From assembly GCA_052327205.1 (NCBI GenBank), contig CM126206.1, positions 319,052,001 to 319,116,000 of the forward strand: a DNA stretch of 64,000 bases, in the 5' to 3' direction. The notes under the pieces were generated by a model. It saw nothing but the letters and a program-made list of their open reading frames with translations, was not told the origin of the DNA and did not search any database. This document shows positions 39,796 to 52,099 of this stretch, in pieces. This stretch comes from Somniosus microcephalus. Lineage: Eukaryota. The stretch's first letter is position 1, and each line of letters begins with the position of its first letter. The position numbers and the translations under genes are program-made.

Positions 39796-39950
39796 CAATG
39801 TTTCCCCCTAATGGTTGCACAGCCCTTTTAACGGGCTGTTTGGCGCAGTCACAGTTTCACGCATGAGAAATTTAACAATGGAAAAGCTGGTCCTGAGCTG
39901 CGTAGGACCAGCGGACAGCTGCACGGCCGCACAGCTTAGAGGGAACGTTG
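39796..39950 (-). mobile_element. hAT MITE (intron 9), same family as 37127
   Basis: TIR CAATGTTTCC..GGGAACGTTG; 8-bp TSD CTAGTGGT/CTAGTGGA. Confidence 0.9.
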
Positions 39951-40543
39951 CTAGTGGAAGTCCCAGGCCTTTGAGCATCTCCCTAACCTGCAGATTTTGA
40001 AGCGAATTATAGGCCCCCTACACTCAGCCCAGCAAAGATCACATGAGCATGGATTGAAACCTGGGGTTTCCTGCATGGTTCTGTACATTTACTCGGAGAG
40101 ACTGGAAGGGGTTGGATATAGCAGTTCTATAGCAAATTTTTCTCATTCTAGAAGGTTTTTGCATTTTAACAGTTTTTAAAAACGTGTTTATGGCAACAAA
40201 AAAAAGTCCATTGTATCTTAAGTAGTGTTTTCAGCTGGGATTCTTCAGCATGTAGTGCCCATGAAATGGGAGACGAGTTTCCATCATGTGTTCCATAATA
40301 AAAGTAAAAAGTTTCCTTCGTTCCGACCCACAGCCGTCAAATTTATATTACATAATTTCAGCTAGAGACGGAAAATAATACTGCTGTACTTGAAGGCCCT
40401 TTTGGAGACGTGGTGCTTGAAACCGTAGTGTTCTTGTATCGTCGTATTAATAGTGACGGTTTTACGAGACTTATCAGTCTTGAGCACACACACTTAACCA
40501 TGTTGATGAACCTAATAGCTTCCCTGGCTTGGTCTCTCTCTAG

Positions 40544-40965
<422 letters not shown>

Positions 40966-41129
40966 TAACAGATGGTGACTCCCTCTGGCACTCTGTCCAC
41001 GTGGCAATTACAGTATTCATATGTGAACTTTTGGGGAGGGGCTGGAGACCATGCCGAGCTGACCAGGATCTTGTCCTCGATTGATGTCCAACTACATTAC
41101 AACAGTGACTACACTTCAAAAAGTACTTA

Positions 41130-41483
41130 CAGGAAACTCTGTTACCCAGCACCTAAATATCCGGAAATCTCTCTCAACCGGCAAAATGCAGGAGTAGGTT
41201 CAAGTAAGTTTTACTATATAATAGTGGCCGTGTAACCGGGGTTCCTGCACCTGTGGCCATGCAACAGGGACTTCTGGATCTGTGGCCGTGTAACCGGGAC
41301 TCCTGCACAAGTGCCGTGTAACCGGGGCTCCTGCACCTGTGGCAGTGTACGGGGCTCCTGCACTTGTGGCTGTGTACGGGGCTCTCGTACCGTGGTAAGT
41401 ATACCTCTCTGTAATACGGACTTTTTGATCAACCAGCACCACGCTGGTCCCGTCTGTGCTGGATAAAAAAAAAAAGTTTCCTG
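41130..41483. mobile_element. Tc1/mariner-pogo (Tigger-like) MITE nested in a SINE tail
   Basis: TA|CAGGAAACT..TTAYCCAGCAC at both ends|TA; it splits a Deu-SINE tail (41093-41129 and 41484-41558); internal repeat of about 30 bp at 41224-41390. Confidence 0.85.
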
Positions 41484-41844
41484 TAATTGGCTGTAAAGCA
41501 CTTTGGGATGTCCGGTGGTCGTGAAAGGCGCTATAGAAATGCAAGTCTGTCTGTCTTTCAACTCCTCCACTACCCTTTCCAGTATGTGTTGCTGCAGGGC
41601 AATCGGGAGTCGAGTACCGTGGCCAGTACATCCTCTTTTCCTAACTCAAGCTGTTTGGCTGACATAACTAATTCAGCACAGACTTAGGATTGAACCCATG
41701 ACTTCTCTTGTCTGTATGACAGCTATGTATGGATAAACCTGTTCAATCTTTGGGCAGCCAACATGTCTGTCTCATGTTAAATGTATTTAGCTTAAATTCT
41801 ATCAAATCTAATTGTCCATAAGTACTCTGGGATTTTTTTAATTT

Positions 41845-42285
41845 GTTTTTTATGGGATGTGGGCATCACTGGCAAGGCCAGCATTTATTGCCCATCCCTA
41901 GTTGCCCTTGAGAAGGTGGTGGTGAGCCGCTACCTTGAACCGCTGCAGTCCGTGTGGTGAAGATGCTCCCACAGTGCTGTTAGGGAGGGAGTCCCAGGAT
42001 TTTGACCCAGCGACGATGAAGGATGGTGCATGACTAGGAGGGGAACTTGCAGGTGGTGGTGTTCGCTGTGCGCCTGCTGCCCTTGTCCTTCTAGGTGGAG
42101 GAGGTCGTGGGTTTGGGAGGTGCTGCCGAAGAAGCCTTGGTGAGTTGCTGCAGTGCATCTTGTAGATGGTACACACTGCAGCCACGGTGCGCCGGTGGTG
42201 GAGGGAGTGAATGTTTAAGGTGGTGGATGGGGTGCCAATCAAGTGGGCTGCTTTGTCTTCGATGGTGTCGATCTTGAGTGTTGCT
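41845..42285 (-). mobile_element. LINE 3' end (CR1/L2 group; tail shared with the Meta-like SINE)
   Basis: IGTPSTTLNIHSLHHRRTVAAVCTIYKMH motif. Confidence 0.8.
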
Positions 42286-42928
42286 CAAATCTTTTATGGA
42301 CAGTAAAAGACCAGCTGTTCCATCAAGCCTGTCCAAAACACCCGTGGCGTAGCTAAGCGTCCTGAGTCGCATTGTTCCCTCCCACCAGCAGTCGTGGAAT
42401 GTAAGACCATCAAAACCATGCGGTACATACCCAACATCCCATCTACCTTTTGACACACCGATATTAGCCACAAGGAACTCCAGCACTTTCTTGAACTGTT
42501 GCTGCGAATCTTCACTCGCCAGATCAGCCAGTAACTTATTCCAAGTGTCAGCATCACTCTGCATAAAGAAAACCGCCCTGATATCTACCGTACTTCTATG
42601 CTTGTATACATGACCCCTTCATTTTCCCTAACCCCGAAATCGAGAAAGAAAGACTTGCATTTCTATAGCGCCTTTCACGACCTCCGGACATCCCAAAGTG
42701 CTTTACAGCCAATGAAGTATTTTTTGAGGTGGAGCCACTGTCGTAATGTAGGAAATGTGGCAGAAAGAAAAGACGGTGAGCCACTTGACGATTAGTGATG
42801 TGTATTTGGGGAATGGTTACCAAAAATGCCTGTAAATTAAATTCTAACTTAATCGCAGTGCTAGGTAGAATAGAGCTTTCTAATAAAATGTAAACCCACT
42901 GGCTTAGTTATGAGCTTTTCTCTTGCAG

Positions 42929-43079
42929 CTGCTGTATTCTCCGATTGAGAATATCCAACGGGTTGCTGCTGGTGTGCTGTGTGAATTGGCTCAGGATAAG
43001 GAAGCAGCCGAAGCTATCGAGGCTGAAGGGGCCACAGCTCCTCTCACGGAACTGCTGCACTCCAGAAACGAAGGTGTTG
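42929..43079 (+). CDS. CTNNB1: CTNNB1 exon 12
   Basis: 151 nt, [15 protein letters not shown]...SRNEGV; cag|...|gtgagt. Confidence 0.99.
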
Positions 43080-43356
43080 GTGAGTATAGTGAAATGGCAA
43101 GCTTTGTTTGTGGCGAAATGGGTGCACGATTAATCAGACTTGAAACTTGGCAGTTGACTGTCTGAGAAGGAATGATTGAAACCCGTTCAGGAGCCCATCT
43201 AAAGTGTCTGCTGCTGCATCTTCTCCAAAAGCACCAAGAATCCCACAAATTGAATGTAAATTTATTATCTGGGGGTGGGGGACATAGTGCCTAGATGGAC
43301 CAAATCAGATTTCAGGCTATTTAATCTCTGAATGATCCAGATGTGCATAGTACAAG

Positions 43357-43705
43357 ATTTAAAATCATGGAGGGTTTAGATCGAGTAAATAAAGAGAAAC
43401 TGTTTCCAATGGCGGAAGGGTCGATAACCAGAGGGCACAGATTCAAGGTGATTGGCAAAAGAACCAGAGGCGACAGGAGGAAAAGAAATTTACGCAGCGA
43501 GTGGTTGGGATTTGGAATGCGCTGCCTGACAGGGCGCTGGATACAGATTCAATAGTAGCCTTCAAAAAGAAATTAGATAAATACTTAAAGGAGAAAAAAT
43601 TGCAGGGATATGGGGAAAGAGCGGGACTGACTGAATTGCTCTTTGAAAGAGCCAGCATAGACTCGATGGGCTGAATGGCCTCCTTCTGTGCTGTACTATT
43701 CTATG
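43357..43705 (+). mobile_element. CR1 LINE 3' end (intron 12)
   Basis: FKIMEGLDRVNKEKLFP..TRGHRFKV; near-identical to 55045-55400. Confidence 0.9.
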
Positions 43706-44029
43706 TGACCTTCAATAGACTAAACTGGTAATGGCACTGAATTAAGATTCAAGGTGTTGCACTTCACAACAAGCCCAAGGCAATAACCTACCAACATATT
43801 TGTCTTTATGGCCCAAATTGAGGCGGGTCTGTCTGTTGCTTTTCATTTTTGGCTGTTCCCTGCTGCACAAGATGCACATTGTCCCTGATTTCTGTGTGTT
43901 TGATCAGATTGTTCCCAAGAGAGTGTATGTGTGAAGATCTTTTTGGAACTGACACTTGGGGCTTGTGTTGAATATGTCAAATGGAATAAAAGCATGAACC
44001 ATAATGAAGTCCAACTTGTGTTTATATAG

Positions 44030-44151
44030 CTACCTACGCTGCGGCAGTGCTGTTCCGTATGTCTGAAGACAAACCACAGGATTATAAAAAACGTCTCTCC
44101 GTTGAGCTTACGAGCTCGCTGTTCAGAACTGAGCCAATGGCATGGAATGAG
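44030..44151 (+). CDS. CTNNB1: CTNNB1 exon 13
   Basis: 122 nt, [41 protein letters not shown]; tag|...|gtaagc. Confidence 0.99.
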
Positions 44152-44358
44152 GTAAGCTCGCGGGGATACACTGCACGCACACGCTAGATCTAGTGCTTGT
44201 TTTACTGAAGAATATTTAGCTTATTATTTTATGAATTGATTATTTAAGATTTTCCCGTTGTGTGCTGATGTGCTGCAGGAGAGAGTGCACAGAAACGCTT
44301 GGGGAGAGATATCAAACGGCAAATATAATAGGCTTTTTCAAAACTTTGCTTTAAACAG

Positions 44359-44419
44359 GCAGGCGATCTTGGAATTGACATGGGAGGTCAAGGTGAACCT
44401 CTTGGATACCGTCCGGATG
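44359..44419 (+). CDS. CTNNB1: CTNNB1 exon 14
   Basis: 61 nt, AGDLGIDMGGQGEPLGYRPD; cag|...|gtacgt. Confidence 0.97.
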
Positions 44420-46120
44420 GTACGTCTACTTTGTCCGAGCAGTTGGTGTTTTTATTTTGATGGCTTGTTTGGTTCCAGTAAGAATAACTAGAAATGTTCG
44501 TATTCCAACGGTTCAGAGAAATGGAATTGAGCAAATTGCTGTAGATCCAGTTACTACATTGGCTTGAACTGTCTGCATATCTTCATCCAGCTGAGCTAGA
44601 AATTCCTCCCTTCCCTCCTCCTCCTGAAGTGGTTATGTATCAAACTCATGTGGCCTGGAGTTCAGCCATGAAGATAACGCCAGCGCCTCACTCGGGCTGC
44701 CGATTTTTAAAAATGAAATGAAAAGTGCCGCCATGCCCGGGAAACGGTGGCAGATCAGGAGCCGCACTGAGGGTAACCTTCACTCCCAGTGCAGAGCCTC
44801 GTTAGTGGTGAGTGTGGTCAGAGATGGAAGCTGCAGCCTTGTAGTCTAGTTTCTAACCTGCGCGTGCCACTAACGAGGTTACATCCTGGGAGTGGAGCTG
44901 TACAAAATTGCCCCTTATTTTGCAGGACCCAGTAATTAAATGCGTGAAGCTTTTTGACCAATCCTGGGTCCAAGGACCTGTGGAAAACGCTAAGTGTGTA
45001 AATTGTGTTTTACAGTATTTAGAAAGCAAATTTATGCTGCTAGTTATGTTTTATCACTATGCATTCTTTAAAATACATATTCTGGCTTTGTTTGAATAAG
45101 ACGAGTTTTTTTTTGAAGCAGCCTTTTAGAAATTGTAGCCAGCCCCATGCCTGACAGTGTGGCCAGGTTTGAAGATTGGTGATCCATGATTCCAGGAGGC
45201 TGGAGCAGTATTTTCTAATGTACTAAATTGTGGGAGATAGGAGGCAAACTGGAGAAATGCTGTGGAGTAGGATAACTTTAAAACCTTGAAGGGCAGAGAC
45301 TGAACAGCGAGTGTTCAGCTGAGACGTGGGCAATTAAAGGTGGCGGATGAAATTAAAATGAGAGAGAAAAATGTGGGACTCCGCATAATCTGAAAGCAGA
45401 ATCTAAATGGAATAATTTAGGTAAATTGAAATCTGATCAGTCTCATTAGAAAGCTCAATTTTAAATCATTTTTTATTAAACAAAGGTGAAAGGGAAGTAC
45501 TTAATTTTTAGAAATGATACCGGCGTTCATGAGGAACAGATGGTTTTTGTCTTGGTTGAAAGACGCTGATTTATTTTTTCAATAAAAGTTTTAATCTTCA
45601 CAAATGTGGATTCCTAACCCTGGATTCCTGATATTAAATCTGAAATTTCTGGAACTTGAATGGAAACTAACGGTTTCAGAAATGATTAGCGGCATGAAGT
45701 TACTGACTTTCTACGATAGCACAAGTTTTCAGGTTTAGATTTGTATGAGTAAATGTGGGCCTCCGACTAGTTCACCTTGCATGCCTCCACCGTATGGAGC
45801 TGGTATGGTTTATTGAATCACTGGTATGCTGCTGACAATGTGCTTTGTGTCTGTGCAGCCACTTTAGAAAATAAAAGGCTGTTCTGTTGGAACAATGCAG
45901 TAACTGTTGAGTAATGAATGTAGCCTTGGCCTTTCATGCTTTATAACTTGGCAGAGCTGCCAGAAACTGGGGGATATGAAATGTGTTCTCACACTTTGAT
46001 AGTTGCTGCTTTTTTTAGTGCCTCACATTAGTTCTCATTGTGCTTTTATCCCCCTTTTAATACCCTCCCCATTTAACCCATTTCCCATTTTTTTTGCTTA
46101 CTGTTATTCCGTGACTATAG

Positions 46121-46329
46121 ATCCTAGCTTTCGCTCTTACCACCCAGGCGGATACGGACAGGACACCATGGGCATTGACCCGATGATGGAGCATGATATG
46201 GGTGGTCACCACCCTGGTGCTGAGTATCCGGTCGATGGACTGCCAGACCTTGGACATGCCCAGGACTTGATGGATGGGCTTCCCCCAGGTGACAGTAATC
46301 AGCTGGCCTGGTTTGATACAGACTTGTAA
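46121..46329 (+). CDS. CTNNB1: CTNNB1 exon 15 coding part to stop
   Basis: [11 protein letters not shown]...[13 protein letters not shown]; tag| acceptor at 46120. Confidence 0.99.
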
Positions 46330-46347
46330 ATATAACCTGCATAATAG

Positions 46348-46519
46348 GTATGGACATCATTTAAAAGGGTGGAGAGTTATTAATTATATTAACTAACTTT
46401 GCACCATTGCTACACCATTGCAATTTGAGCTTGCATCTTTAGGCAAAATTTGAATAAATGGACATTTTAATCTTTTAACTTTTTGTTGTAGTTAAGAATG
46501 TTTTCTTTTCTTTCTGCAG
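46348..46519 (+). other. CTNNB1: 3'UTR intron of CTNNB1
   Basis: AG|GTATGG donor 18 nt after the stop; long pyrimidine tract and tgcAG at 46519. Human CTNNB1 is known to have an equivalent 3'UTR intron. Confidence 0.85.
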
Positions 46520-47290
46520 TTGTACTGTCTGAATGAACTTGCATTGTGATTGGCCTGTAGAATTGCTGAGAGGGCTCGAGGGGTGGGCTAGTATCTCAGA
46601 AAGTGCCTGACACTAACAAAAAGCTGAGTTTCCTATGGGAACAGTCAAAGTATTTTGTTCTGGTCCTTTTGGTCGGAATATCAGAGAATGGATTTGGAAA
46701 TGGCTGCTTACTTTTGAAGAACGCTCAAGATTGGATCAAGAGATGGAACTTATTAAAAACTCTAGCCTTGCCTGTTAACTTTTTTTATTATTTTTTTAAA
46801 TCTCTGTAATGGTACTGACGTAGCTTGCTTTGAAGTAGAATAGACCAGTCAATGATATTCCTTTTAACCTAGTATTGTAGTGTTAAGTTATAGTGGCAAT
46901 GCTATAGCCGTTCCTGATTTTTAAAAACTGAAGTAATTGTGTAGAGCACTAATTCATAATAGATTTAATTGTATTCTGAAGTGTAACACTGTGTAGCTTT
47001 TGTATAAAAAATGTGAAATTAGACGAAGGTCCACTTGCAGTTACTTTTAATATGCTGAAAAATGCAAGCCGGTGAAATAAAATGTGTTTGATCAATATTG
47101 CTTCATCCTCGGGATTTTTGGGAGGGTTAAGTAGAACTGTCATTTCTGCAATGGTTGTAATAGTTTAATGAGAGGACACTCCTCCACCCCCCCCCCCCCC
47201 CCCCCCCAAAAGCTATTGTATCCTGCGACGCAGATGCTTCATGGAAATATGCGGTTATAGAAACAGAATTAAACTGGACTTCTTTCATTT
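46520..47290 (+). other. CTNNB1: CTNNB1 terminal non-coding exon 16 (3'UTR)
   Basis: Blocks such as GAACTTGCATTGTGATTGGCCTGTAGA..GCTGAGAGGGCTCGAGGGGTGGGCT..TATCTCAGAAAGTGCCTGACAC match my recollection of the human 3'UTR. Confidence 0.88.
47268..47273 (+). terminator. CTNNB1: Polyadenylation signal ATTAAA
   Basis: Lies in the conserved context ATGCGGTTATA..CAGAATTAAAC followed by T/GT-rich sequence. Alternative AATAAA hexamers at 47076 and 47392. Confidence 0.65.
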
Positions 47291-47864
47291 TTGTGAGTGA
47301 CTTAATTACTAGAGCACCAATATTAAGTTTATATGTAGTTTAAGGAATTTTGTCTCCTCTTACATAATTTCAAGTATGTATAAGTTGATTGAATAAAAAA
47401 TGGTTGGAAATTCCCATAATCTTTTCATAGGATGCTTCATTTATGCACTGAATATTTTTACCGTCACCCTGTTCAAAGAGGCACTGACTGCATGGCTTTC
47501 GCAAGCATTCTTGGTTAGATATATCTTCTTAAAAAAAAAAAAAAAAATCATCACGTTAAAATTCATTTTTACTTGATCGTAATTGTTAATAGCTGCTTTT
47601 TCTTAAAACAAAATATTTGCAAACACCTTTTCATACCTGCGCACTCTAATGTCCTGGTTTGTAATGGCAGCGCGTAGCTGTGTAGACAGTAGGTCTTGGC
47701 ATCGAGTTTGCTGATCTCCGTTCAGATGCTGCAGCTGGCCTTGGCATTCATGGGCTAGGCAGTGAGAAGAGGATAAAGCACAAATTTCTGCTCCTGGTGC
47801 TTCTTGACTAGAATGATGTGCGTGTGGATATCTTAAGGATCAGGACAGCTGTGCTGCCCTAATT

Positions 47865-48159
47865 CAGGGGTCTCCAAGCCTTGTCTTTGTGGCCTGTGTA
47901 GGTGTGACTGAAGCCATGTGGGCCACGTATGGAGTGTAACGCCATGGTTCCAATTAGTGTCATGTATCTCAAGTTGTTGATTCTGACTCAGATTTTAGCT
48001 ATTAATGAGGTAACCGAGCTAAGAACAACCTTTTCAAATCTCTAGGCCCATAAAATTCAAATAAGAAACCAGAGAGTAAGATAGACAATTGGAGCTATGA
48101 TAAAGTTGCCTGGGCCTTGATGGTTCTGTGGCCTATGGGCCACACTTTGGACATTCCTG
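47865..48159. mobile_element. hAT-Charlie-like MITE inside an old SINE
   Basis: CAGGGGTCTCCAA ... TTGGACATTCCTG termini; imperfect 8-bp flanks CCCTAATT/TCCTATGT. Confidence 0.6.
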
Positions 48160-49054
48160 TCCTATGTGGCTAAAGCATCTACTGATGCTCTGGGACGACA
48201 TGAAACTGGCCCTTTGGGTCAGGTACTATAGGGTTGTGATGCCCATGGAACCATGTACCTTCCTGAGGAGCCTATGGCTTTGGGGAGAATGAGAAGCGAT
48301 GGATTCTTGGTTTGTAGTTGATGCCTATCCAGCAGTAGGGGCTCTACAGTTGGTCCGTCTCTGGGTCAGAGGGGAGGGGATAAGGAAGGGTAGAGGTGCC
48401 ATGGTACTCGTTCCTAGAGTTCTGTTTTAGCTTTCTGCCCCCCCCCCCCCCCCCCTGGTGATTTAGGATCAGCCATGAAGGATGGGCACATTGTAGATGC
48501 TCTTCTGTATCATTCTACTAATGATACCTGAAGTATCTAAATGATGAGCTTCAACATTTCTTCTCCACGCACACTGTTTAATGAAAAAGTTCAAATTCAT
48601 GAATGGCACTAGGTAGATTTGAGAACTGAGCACCACTGGAGTAAGCTGAGAATGGATCCCACAGGACATGCTCCCAGTTGCTACTGCTTTCTGTACGTAT
48701 TAAAAGTGCTGAAGGAGTGGAGTGCAGGGCAAAATCTATTTCTGTCCAGCAATAATGTCACCTTTTACGTCAAAAATGTTCATCAGAGTGTGCCACACTC
48801 TGTTATAATTTAACTTCAGTCCACATATATTATGAGGCTAATCCCCCTGAAACAACCCAGATTTGGTCTAGGTTATAAAACTTGCAGAAATATTGGCTTG
48901 CAGCTAACCTCTTATATAATAGTAAGGAAATAAGACAGTAGCTCATGTAGAATGTCCAGTCTTTTTTCCCCCAATAAGGATAGGCTACCTACAAAATTCC
49001 CCAGCTTTCCAGCCTCCCATCGGTTGCTTCAACAGCAACTTTCATTTAATATTT

Positions 49055-49980
49055 TTTGTTTGTTCATGGGATGTGGGTGTCACTGGCCAGGCCAACATTT
49101 ATTGCCCATTCCTTGAGAAGGTGGTGGCGAGCCGCCGCCTTGAACTGTTGCAGTCAAGGGTGTGGTTGTGTTACTGGACTAGCTGGGATTACTGATATGG
49201 AGAAGTGAGTTGAAGAAACTGGGGAATTTAAATTAGTTAATTAAGTAAAACTGGTATCCGTAATGGTGACTGAAACTACCGGATTGTGGTAAAAACCCAT
49301 CTGGTTCACTAATGTCCTTAAGGAAAGGAAACCTGCCGTCCTTACCTGTTCTGGCCTGTATGTGACTCCACTTGTCTGGATGAGTGCAGCTCCAACAACA
49401 CTCAAGAAGCTCGACATCATCCAGGACAAAGCAGCCCGCTTGATTGGCACCCTATCCACCACCTTAAACATTCACTCCCTCCACCACCGGCGCACCGTGG
49501 CTGCAGTGTGTACCATCTACAAGATGCACTGCAGCAACTCGCCAAGGCTTCTTCGGCAGCACCTCCCAAACCCGCGACCTCTTCCACCTAGGACAAGGGC
49601 AGCAGGCGCATGGGAACACCACCACCTCCCAAGTTCCCCTCCAAGTCACACATCATCCTGACTTAGAAGTATATCGCCAATCCTTCATTGTCGCTGGGTC
49701 AAAATCCTGGAATTCCTTCCCTAACAGCACTGTGGGAGTACCTTCACCACACGGACTGCAGCGGTTGAAGGTGGCTCACTACCACCTTCTGAAGGGCAAC
49801 TAGGGAGCAATAAATGCTGGCTTTGCCAGCGATGCCTACATACTGAGTGAATTTTAAACTCGTGTGGTGAAGGTACTCCCACAGTGCTGTTAAGAATGGA
49901 GTTCCAGGATTTTGACCCAGCGACGATGAAGGAACGGTGATATATTTCCAAGACAGGATGGTGTGTGATTTGGATGGGAA
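49055..49980. mobile_element. Cluster of LINE and Meta-like SINE fragments in both orientations
   Basis: LINE tail(-) 49055-49155, SINE(+) 49160-49370, LINE(+) 49362-49850, LINE(-) 49860-49980. Confidence 0.8.
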
Positions 49981-50298
49981 TTTTGGTTTATGTGAGTAGA
50001 TCTTGTCGATGATTTGATTTAAGGATGGTTGTAAACCTGATCCTCACCTTTTTAATAACATCTATGTCTACACTTTCCCAGCAGGATTCACTGGATATTA
50101 TCAGAATTCCTTGTACCAATATGTGCTTTCCTGATTTATTGGGAACACCACAGTAGATGTAGAATTAATCTGAAAACTATTTGGCATTGCATCTCCACAA
50201 CTAGTAGCACATGATGCCACGAACTGGCGTTGGTATAAAAGAACCAGAAACTTAACTGCCTCATTATTTATGTATGCCACCCTTTCTCTCCCCTCTTC

Positions 50299-50710
50299 AA
50301 GAAAGAAAGACTTGCATTTATAGAGCGCATTTCATGACCTCTGGCTGTAAAGCACTTTGGGCCATCCTGTGAAGTACTTTTTGAAGTGCAGTCACTTGTA
50401 ATGTAGGGAATGCAGGAGCCAATCTGCACAGCAAGCTCTGACAAACAACAATCTGGTAATGACTAGATAATCTCATTTTAGTGATGTTGATTGGGGGATA
50501 AAATTGGCCAGGGCCCTGGGATAACTCCCCTGCTGCTCTTCGGTGCAATGGGATCTTTTACACCCACCTGAGAGAGCAGACGGCACCTGTTTAATATCTC
50601 ATCTGAAAGATGGCACCTCCGCCAGTGTAGTACTCCATCAGTACTGCACTGGGAGTGTCGGCCTAGATTTTTGTGCTCAAGTCTGGAGCCTTCTGACTGA
50701 GGCCACTGAG
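50299..50710 (-). mobile_element. Deu-type SINE, diverged
   Basis: Tail, core and head are all recognisable. Confidence 0.8.
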
Positions 50711-50799
50711 CAATGGGTGACCTACAAATGCACAGCATTTCCAATTTTAGTTCCTGTCAATTGCTAACTACAGGCAAGTATTTACTTATAATCATATAT

Positions 50800-51320
50800 G
50801 TCACAGAAGGAGGCCATTTGGTCCATTGTGCCTGGGCTTGCTCTTTGGATCGTTTTCAATCAGTCCCACTCCCTGCCCTTTCCCCATTGCTGTGCACAAT
50901 CTTCCCCTTGAAATATCCAATTCCCCTTTGAAAGTTACTATTGAATCTGCTTCTACCACCCTTTCAAGCAGTACATTCCAGTTTACAACAACTCTATTAA
51001 AAAAAAATCTTGTCTGGTTCTTTTGCAAAATTCCTTAAATCTGTGTCATGGTTACCCTTCTGCGACTGAAAAGGTTCTCCTCATTTACTCTCTTCAAATC
51101 GCTTTATGGTTTTGAACACTTATTAAATCTTCACTTAGCCTTCTCTGCTCTTAAGAACAACCCCAGCTTCTCTAGTCTCTCCATGTAAGTGAAGTCCCAC
51201 ATCCCTGATACCATTCTGGTAAATCTGCTCTGCATTCTCTACAAGGCCTTGACATCCTACAGTGTGGGGCCCAGAATTAGACACTCTAGCTGGGGGCCTA
51301 AACAGTGATTTACAAAGGTT
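50800..51320 (-). mobile_element. CR1 LINE 3' end
   Basis: FFFNRVVVNWNVL..VVEADSIVTFKGELD. Confidence 0.8.
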
Positions 51321-52099
51321 TAGCATCTGTCACCTTGCATCCATCCCCATAACATTGTCTACCTCTTTCCTTATTTCACCCACACTGCTGCCAAAACAGT
51401 TATCCATGTATTTGTCACCTCTAGCCTCAGTTTTTTTTCCAATGCCATCCTCCATAAACTCATAGCTGTCTAAAATCCCAGCTGTCCAAATCCTTTCCTA
51501 CTTCCCATCATCTTTGCTCTTGCTGATCTAAAATAGCTCCCTATTCCTCTGCATTTAATTTTAAATCCTTGCCTTTAACGAGCTCCAGAGTCTTACCCTG
51601 CTGTAGCTCTACCTTCTCCAGTCTTGTATCTCTTCCCAACTAATTCTGGCCTTTTGTAAGACTCTGAACAGTGCGAAGTAGATGGCCAAAGACTGCATGA
51701 CACAATGTTGCCTCAACCTATTCCATTTTCCTGTGCCAAGCCCTCATGTAACTGTACAGCTCTTCCATTGTATACCTATAACCCAGCAGGGCACATTCGA
51801 GTTGCACCTTACCGTTGAATACTTTCCCACAGTTACATCTTCCAAGGACTTCACAGATCAAACCACTGACACAAATATGGTCACTTCCCAACACCCAGGA
51901 CACATGGCAGCCATAAATGACAACTTATACTTATGGAAATACAGCAGTGCAGTGACATTAAGCAGCTGTGTCCTGCTGTTCAGTGGGAAAGGAGATGGGT
52001 GATGACCAATACATCATTCACCTGTTTGGTACCTGTGTGAGCAGCACAACAGTTCATACTACAGGAATAACCTATAGAAATAACAGTTGAGGACAGTGC

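Noticed and set aside
42091-42564. 157-aa minus-strand ORF in intron 11
   Set aside because: It runs across decayed LINE fragments with no recognisable domain.
44279-44491. Possible upstream acceptor for exon 14 giving an alternative C-terminus
   Set aside because: An 80-nt extension is frameshifting with a weak pyrimidine tract; unsupported without RNA data.
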